Below are positions 41,023 through 45,983 of a DNA stretch of 45,983 bases, one piece after another. Under the pieces are notes generated by a model. The model had not been told where the DNA came from. It made no database searches and worked only from the letters and a program-made list of their open reading frames with translations. The stretch's first letter is position 1. Each line of letters opens with the position of its first letter. The DNA comes from an uncultured Eubacteriales bacterium (GTDB lineage Bacteria; Bacillota; Clostridia; Peptostreptococcales; Anaerovoracaceae), in the NCBI GenBank assembly GCA_900318155.1, contig ONJN01000082.1, forward strand, positions 1-45,983, written 5' to 3'. The position numbers and the translations under genes are program-made.

Positions 41023-42312
41023 ATGAACACCAGACGAATCTATCAGGATAATGTTTACAGTACTTCCTGCGAAGCAGAAATCACCGGAATCGACCTGACA
41101 CAGGAGCATGCTCTTCTTACTTTTGACGCGACCGTTTTTTTCCCGGAGGGCGGCGGGCAAAGCAGTGATGTCGGGACGGTGATCCTGCTTTCCGGTGAAA
41201 AAGAAGAAGAACGGGCGGAAGAAAAAGGCAGAGTTATCAACATTATTCATGTTTTTGAAGAAGCAGGCGCTGTCTTCCATGAAACCGACCTGCCGGTACC
41301 GGAGGATCCGGACGAACTGCCGTTCTGGTCCGGCGCCCGCGTCCTTTTATCAATCGACTGGGAACATCGTTTTGACAACATGCAGCGCCACCTTGGCGAA
41401 CACATCCTCTCCGGCGCCATCCACCGACTGTATGGTGGAATTAACAAAGGCTTTCACATGGGTGCCGATTTCATAACGATCGACATCGGTTTCCCGGAAG
41501 ATGCGCCCGGCGGCTATGATAGAATGACCTGGGAAATGGCGGAAGCCGCAGAGGCGGAAGCAAACCGAATCATCTGGCAGGATCTGCCCGTGCGCGTCGA
41601 CTATTTCCCAACGCGGAATGAAGCCGCTGTGATGCCACTGCGAAAAGCGCTGGCTTTTGATGAAAACATTTCCATCGTTACAGTTGGAGATCCGGCGGAA
41701 GCGCCTGCGGACTGCGTTGCCTGCTGCGGGACACATCCTTCTTCCAGCGGCCAGGTGGGTATACTGAAGATCTATAAAATTGAACCTAACAAAGGCTTGT
41801 CCCGGATTTACTTTGAATGCGGCGGACGTGCCTACAGGCAGTATCGTCAGGATTTCAATACCCTGTACGATATTGAAACCGATCTCTCCGCCGGGCGCGA
41901 CGACCTGGCAGAAAAATACCGGGCACGCGCGGCACATTACAGGGAGATCGGGGACGAGCTGCGGACGCTCAGAAAGTACATTGCCGAATCTGAAAAAGAC
42001 GCGATCCTGTCATCAGCAGACGAACTGCAGATTCGCCGCTATAAGAATCTGAGCGTAAACGACCTCATGTCGATCGGAAAAAAAGCCGGCAAAAAAGTAA
42101 CCGGTCTCATCCTGCTGGTTCACGATCCGACACATACCGTGCTTTTGTTTTCAGACGGCAGCGAACGCTTTGACTGCGGAACGCTCGTTAAAAACCTGAC
42201 GCCTTCGTTCGGTGGCCGGGGCGGCGGCAAAGCCGGCAGCGCCCGCGTTTCATTTAAAGACAAAAACAGCCTCCGGAATTTCCTGGAAGCTGTCTCTTCA
42301 TCTTTTAAATAG
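41023..42312 (+). CDS. AlaX-type aminoacyl-tRNA editing protein with C-terminal DHHA1 domain
   Basis: TVFFPEGGGQSSD, zinc motifs MQRHLGEH and CCGTH, C-terminal GGRGGG. Confidence 0.88.
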   Translation: MNTRRIYQDNVYSTSCEAEITGIDLTQEHALLTFDATVFFPEGGGQSSDVGTVILLSGEKEEERAEEKGRVINIIHVFEEAGAVFHETDLPVPEDPDELPFWSGARVLLSIDWEHRFDNMQRHLGEHILSGAIHRLYGGINKGFHMGADFITIDIGFPEDAPGGYDRMTWEMAEAAEAEANRIIWQDLPVRVDYFPTRNEAAVMPLRKALAFDENISIVTVGDPAEAPADCVACCGTHPSSSGQVGILKIYKIEPNKGLSRIYFECGGRAYRQYRQDFNTLYDIETDLSAGRDDLAEKYRARAAHYREIGDELRTLRKYIAESEKDAILSSADELQIRRYKNLSVNDLMSIGKKAGKKVTGLILLVHDPTHTVLLFSDGSERFDCGTLVKNLTPSFGGRGGGKAGSARVSFKDKNSLRNFLEAVSSSFK

Positions 42313-42346
42313 GCTGCGACTGACTGAAATGTCTGCGGCTGACAAA

Positions 42347-43054
42347 CTACAGGTTCATCAGATACTTCACTTCTGACGGATTCAGTTTTCTGCAGCGTCC
42401 CGGCTTCAGATGCCCAAGCTGGATATTGCCGATCGAAACGCGTTCCAGCTGCACGACATGGTAGCCAACCGCCTCAAACATTTTGCGTACCTGGCGTTTT
42501 TTTCCTTCATGAATCGTAACATCCAGGATGGTTGAATGCCTGTTCCAGGTGATTATATTCACCTGCGCGGGCGATGTGCGGAATCCGGTGTCAAGGACGA
42601 CACCTCTGCGCAGCCGGCTGAGATCGGCTTTATTGATGTTTCCGGCAATCCGGACCAGATACTTTTTGTCAACTTTATGTTTCGGATGCGTAAGTTTATA
42701 GGCGAAATCGCCGTCGTTCGTCAGAAACAGCAGGCCGGAAGTATTGAAGTCCAGCCGGCCGACCGGAAACAGGCGGGCATCCACCTCCCGGATGTAATCC
42801 ATGACGGTCGCGCGGCCTTTGTCGTCTTTCACGGTCGTGACACATCCCATCGGCTTATTCATCGCGTAATACAGTTTTTCTCCGGAAGGACGGATCTCCT
42901 GGCCGCGTACCTCAACAATGTCGCCGGGAAGCACATCATAACCCGGCTTCGTCAAAACGGCCCCATTCACCTTCACCTGTCCGGACGCGATCATTTCATC
43001 CGCCTTCCTGCGGCTGGCAATTCCGGCGCTCGCGATATATTTATTGATTCTCAT
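42347..43054 (-). CDS. rluB: rRNA pseudouridine synthase, RsuA/RluB family
   Basis: S4 domain (RINKYIASAGIASRRKAD), NKPMG, VGRLDFNTSGLL, HEGKKRQVR. Confidence 0.9.
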   Translation of the reverse strand: MRINKYIASAGIASRRKADEMIASGQVKVNGAVLTKPGYDVLPGDIVEVRGQEIRPSGEKLYYAMNKPMGCVTTVKDDKGRATVMDYIREVDARLFPVGRLDFNTSGLLFLTNDGDFAYKLTHPKHKVDKKYLVRIAGNINKADLSRLRRGVVLDTGFRTSPAQVNIITWNRHSTILDVTIHEGKKRQVRKMFEAVGYHVVQLERVSIGNIQLGHLKPGRCRKLNPSEVKYLMNL

Positions 43055-43134
43055 GTCCTGATCCTCCGTTTTTCAATGATTACCCGCCGCGTCAGAGCCG
43101 CGATGCATATTCATACAGCCGAACCGGTTCAGGT

Positions 43135-44535
43135 TCATACGTCTCCCAGCGCCTCAGCTACCTTGATCATCACGGCACACTCAATCCGCTTGCGGAAAAT
43201 CCGGCAGCCATAATCATAAACTCCTTTAACCGAGCCGGTTCCGTGATAAGCATTGGCCGCGCATCCGCCCGAACAGTAAAGCCGTGCCCAGCAATCGCGG
43301 CACGCTTCCCGCGCGTATACATTACACTGTTTAAATTCTTCCCGGATATCAGGGCGCGTCACCCCGTTCCATATATCACCCATCTTAAACGCCTCTTCAC
43401 CGACAAACTGATGACACGGGTAAAGATCGCCCCACGGCGTAACGGCAAAATACTCCGTCCCCGATCCGCATCCGGAAATCCGCTTGTATATACACGGCCC
43501 ACCGGTCAGATCAAGCATATAATGATAAAACACAATCGGACGGCCTTCACGCTCACGGCGCAGCATGTCCTTTGCCAGAATTTCATACTGCTCAAAAATC
43601 TCCGGAAGGTCTTCTTCCGTCAGAGCATACGGCTCATCCGGCGCGCAGACAACCGGTTCCATCGACAGCCGGTCAAAGCCAAGATCCGCCATGTGGAATA
43701 GATCCTCTGTAAAATCCGTATTGGCGTGGGTAAACGTACCGCGCATATAATACTCGCGGTCACCGCGGGCCTCCACCATCTTCCTGAACTTCGGGAGGAT
43801 CAGGTCGTAGCTGCCGCGGCCGTCCGGAAATCGCCGGAGCCGGTCGTGTATCTCCCTGCGGCCGTCAAGACTCAAAACCACATTGTTCATTTCCTGATTC
43901 GCGAATGCGATCACTTCATCATTAATCCCGACGCCGTTCGTAGTCAGCGTAAACCGAAAATTTTTCCCTTTTTCCTTTTCCACGGAACGCGCGTAACGCA
44001 CGGTTTCCTTTATCACGTTATAATTCATCAGCGGCTCACCGCCGAAAAAGTCGATCTCCAGGTTCACATGATTCCCTGAATTTTCAATCAGAAAATCGAT
44101 CGCGCGCCGGGCGGTTTCCGCACTCATCAGTGCCCGTTCGCCGTGAAACTTCCCCTGGCTCGCAAAACAGTACGAACAACTGAGATTGCACGTATGCGCC
44201 ACATGCAGACAAAGGGCCTTCACCTCGGTACGACGCGCTTTCAGCAGTCCGGCGTCCGGCTCATAAATATCCGGTGCAAACAGTTTTTCGTCCGCTGTAA
44301 GCTGCTCGATATCGTCAATCGTCTCATCAATTTCAGCAGGCGTCACATCCAGCCGGTCCACGTACGCGTTCAGAATCTCGCGTTTCACTGATTCTCGGTC
44401 CACATCACCGCCGGATTCTTTTTGTACACAAAAAATACGGATGATGTCGTACGCAACATCATCCACACAATGTACTGAACCACTGTTTACATCCAGAACT
44501 ATATTATATCCGTTTAATTTGTACTGGTGTATCAT
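43135..44535 (-). CDS. scfB: SCIFF/ranthipeptide radical SAM-SPASM maturase
   Basis: MIHQYKLNGYNIVLDVNSG start, CNLSCSYC, FFGGEPL, SPASM cysteines (C..SGCGSG..YPCH..C..C..C.GGC); coupled to the SCIFF peptide by a TAATG overlap. Confidence 0.95.
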   Translation of the reverse strand: MIHQYKLNGYNIVLDVNSGSVHCVDDVAYDIIRIFCVQKESGGDVDRESVKREILNAYVDRLDVTPAEIDETIDDIEQLTADEKLFAPDIYEPDAGLLKARRTEVKALCLHVAHTCNLSCSYCFASQGKFHGERALMSAETARRAIDFLIENSGNHVNLEIDFFGGEPLMNYNVIKETVRYARSVEKEKGKNFRFTLTTNGVGINDEVIAFANQEMNNVVLSLDGRREIHDRLRRFPDGRGSYDLILPKFRKMVEARGDREYYMRGTFTHANTDFTEDLFHMADLGFDRLSMEPVVCAPDEPYALTEEDLPEIFEQYEILAKDMLRREREGRPIVFYHYMLDLTGGPCIYKRISGCGSGTEYFAVTPWGDLYPCHQFVGEEAFKMGDIWNGVTRPDIREEFKQCNVYAREACRDCWARLYCSGGCAANAYHGTGSVKGVYDYGCRIFRKRIECAVMIKVAEALGDV

Positions 44536-44678
44536 TACTGATTTTTCTCACATTTCTGGTTCGCAACACCACAGGAAGTCTTGCATGCGGACTGACAGGA
44601 TGTCTGGCACTCACCGCATCCGCCTGTTTCGATACTTTCCTTCAGATTCCTTGTTTCAATTGTTTTAATTCTCTTCAT
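44535..44678 (-). CDS. scfA: Six-cysteine ranthipeptide precursor SCIFF (47 aa)
   Basis: Not in ORF track. MKRIKTIETRNLKESIETGGCGECQTSCQSACKTSCGVANQKCEKNQ contains the canonical CGECQTSCQSACKTSC core. Confidence 0.97.
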   Translation of the reverse strand: MKRIKTIETRNLKESIETGGCGECQTSCQSACKTSCGVANQKCEKNQ

Positions 44679-44772
44679 TTTATTTCTCGCCTTTCTGCTC
44701 TCATTAAATATAGAATTATATTAACGCACAGCCGGCAGTCTTGTCAAGCGCGCCGGTGTTTCAGCTGACAAG

Positions 44773-45983
44773 TCACTTTACACGGGCCGATTTTACATTG
44801 CTCCAGCCGGAGTAATAAGTTTTAGTGTAAACGATATCGTCCTTTACTTTCTGCACTTTCTTAAAAGTACGGACACGGACATAGTAAGTCTTCTTCTTTT
44901 TCAGCTTCTTCGTCTTTGCTGCAGTGACAGACTTTTTCCTGACGGTGATCTTCTTTAACTTTTTGGTGAAGGCTTTATTTGCGGCGTACTGAATCTGATA
45001 GCCGGTGACGGCGTTGTTCTTTGCCCACCGGATCTTTAATTTCTTCCCGCGGACCTTTTTCACGGACTTAAGTTTTGTTCCTTTCAGCAATACGGTCAGC
45101 TTAATTTTTCTGGTTGCTTTTTTACACATAGACGTCCCGGACGCTGTGATAGTAATGGTGTTTTTGCCCACGCCCTTGATGGTCACTTTTCCATTTTTAT
45201 CAACAGAAGCTACATCGCTGTTGCTTCCTTTATAACTCAGTGTACCGTCGCCTGTAGTCTTTGCGCCCAAAGAAAATGCCTTCGCTCCAAAATATTTTTT
45301 CACAGACGGCTTCACGCCTGTAGAGATCGTCTGGGCGCCATTGCGATACCAGTTCACATTACCGCCGAAACTCTTCTGTACCGCGGCTGTCCAGCTTTTA
45401 TCCCCAGCCGGCGTGTAAGCATGCGCGTTCACGCCCGAAAACGGCGCGCTGCCCAAAGTCGGCGCACTGCCCTGGAATGTGAATTTTATGTAATCCCCAA
45501 GGGCGCCATAGTCGCCGCAGTTTTCAAAAGCACCCGCACCGATGTGCCTGAGACTGTCCGAAAAACGAACATCGTATATATCCCAGCATCCAGAAAAAGC
45601 GTAGTCCCCGATCTCTGCAACATTCCTGATATTAGGGCAGCCGGACAATCTAAACCCGGAGAAGGCATAGTCTCCGATGCGGGTTATCGTGTCCGGAAGA
45701 ACAAGAGAAACAAAATCAGATCCGTAATCAGGCTGCACACCTTCGAAGGCATGCGAGCCGATGCTCGTAATGCCGTCGGAAACTTCAATTCTTCTGATGA
45801 GATTACGAGAAGCGTTATACCAGGGCACTTCCCTGACACTGTCCCAGTCCGGCATATCGCCGACGCCTTTGATGATCAGGATTCTTCCGTCATCAGGCGA
45901 TGAAAGGGTCCAGGTAAATCCGTCTCCGAATTCACCGGACAACGTAGTGTCCGCGCGAGCCGTGCATACCGGCAGCACGGCAG
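44773..45983 (-). CDS. BspA-type leucine-rich-repeat surface protein with Ig-like and FN3-like Lys-rich C-terminus (5' end outside window)
   Basis: Repeats ITSIGSHAF, ITRIGDYAF, VAEIGDYAF, LRHIGAGAF; SNSDVASVDKNGKVT (Ig-like); W..VTGYQIQY..YYVRVR..WS (FN3-like); end of signal peptide AVLPVCTARA at the window edge. Confidence 0.85.
   Translation of the reverse strand, partial: AVLPVCTARADTTLSGEFGDGFTWTLSSPDDGRILIIKGVGDMPDWDSVREVPWYNASRNLIRRIEVSDGITSIGSHAFEGVQPDYGSDFVSLVLPDTITRIGDYAFSGFRLSGCPNIRNVAEIGDYAFSGCWDIYDVRFSDSLRHIGAGAFENCGDYGALGDYIKFTFQGSAPTLGSAPFSGVNAHAYTPAGDKSWTAAVQKSFGGNVNWYRNGAQTISTGVKPSVKKYFGAKAFSLGAKTTGDGTLSYKGSNSDVASVDKNGKVTIKGVGKNTITITASGTSMCKKATRKIKLTVLLKGTKLKSVKKVRGKKLKIRWAKNNAVTGYQIQYAANKAFTKKLKKITVRKKSVTAAKTKKLKKKKTYYVRVRTFKKVQKVKDDIVYTKTYYSGWSNVKSARVK

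Overview
This is a chromosomal window from an anaerobic Firmicute (Clostridia-like, judged from gene content, SigA promoters and GGAGG ribosome-binding sites). It is mostly housekeeping genes on the minus strand. In transcription order (right to left) these are: a partial LRR surface protein, scfA-scfB (SCIFF/ranthipeptide), rluB, SAM-I riboswitch-metK-aspartokinase, a CMD/AhpD protein, a heterodimeric ABC exporter, a cmk-like kinase, a small membrane protein, metG, tatD, tilS, ftsH, a PucR regulator, coaX, dusB, a NifU-domain protein, pepV, tsaE-tsaB-rimI-tsaD, ABC-F, acpP, rex, a P-loop/Asp23 protein, CIRCE-groES-groEL and guaB-guaA. Beyond guaA lies an accessory-looking stretch with a large secreted protein and a Phd-RelE/ParE toxin-antitoxin pair. 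Plus-strand genes are a ferredoxin, a reverse rubrerythrin, a 427-aa hypothetical protein and an AlaX editing protein. Three real genes are missing from the ORF track: the toxin (1-198), the ferredoxin (10902-11075) and the SCIFF peptide (44535-44678). I saw no tRNA, rRNA, CRISPR array, integrase or transposase, and I cannot claim a clearly novel multi-gene system. The best unexplained signals are a DnaA-box cluster away from dnaA (40761-40969), a Rex-like box covering two face-to-face promoters (10854-10871), a structured leader upstream of the NifU gene, and unassigned domains in the surface proteins. All family calls come from motif recognition by eye, not database searches.
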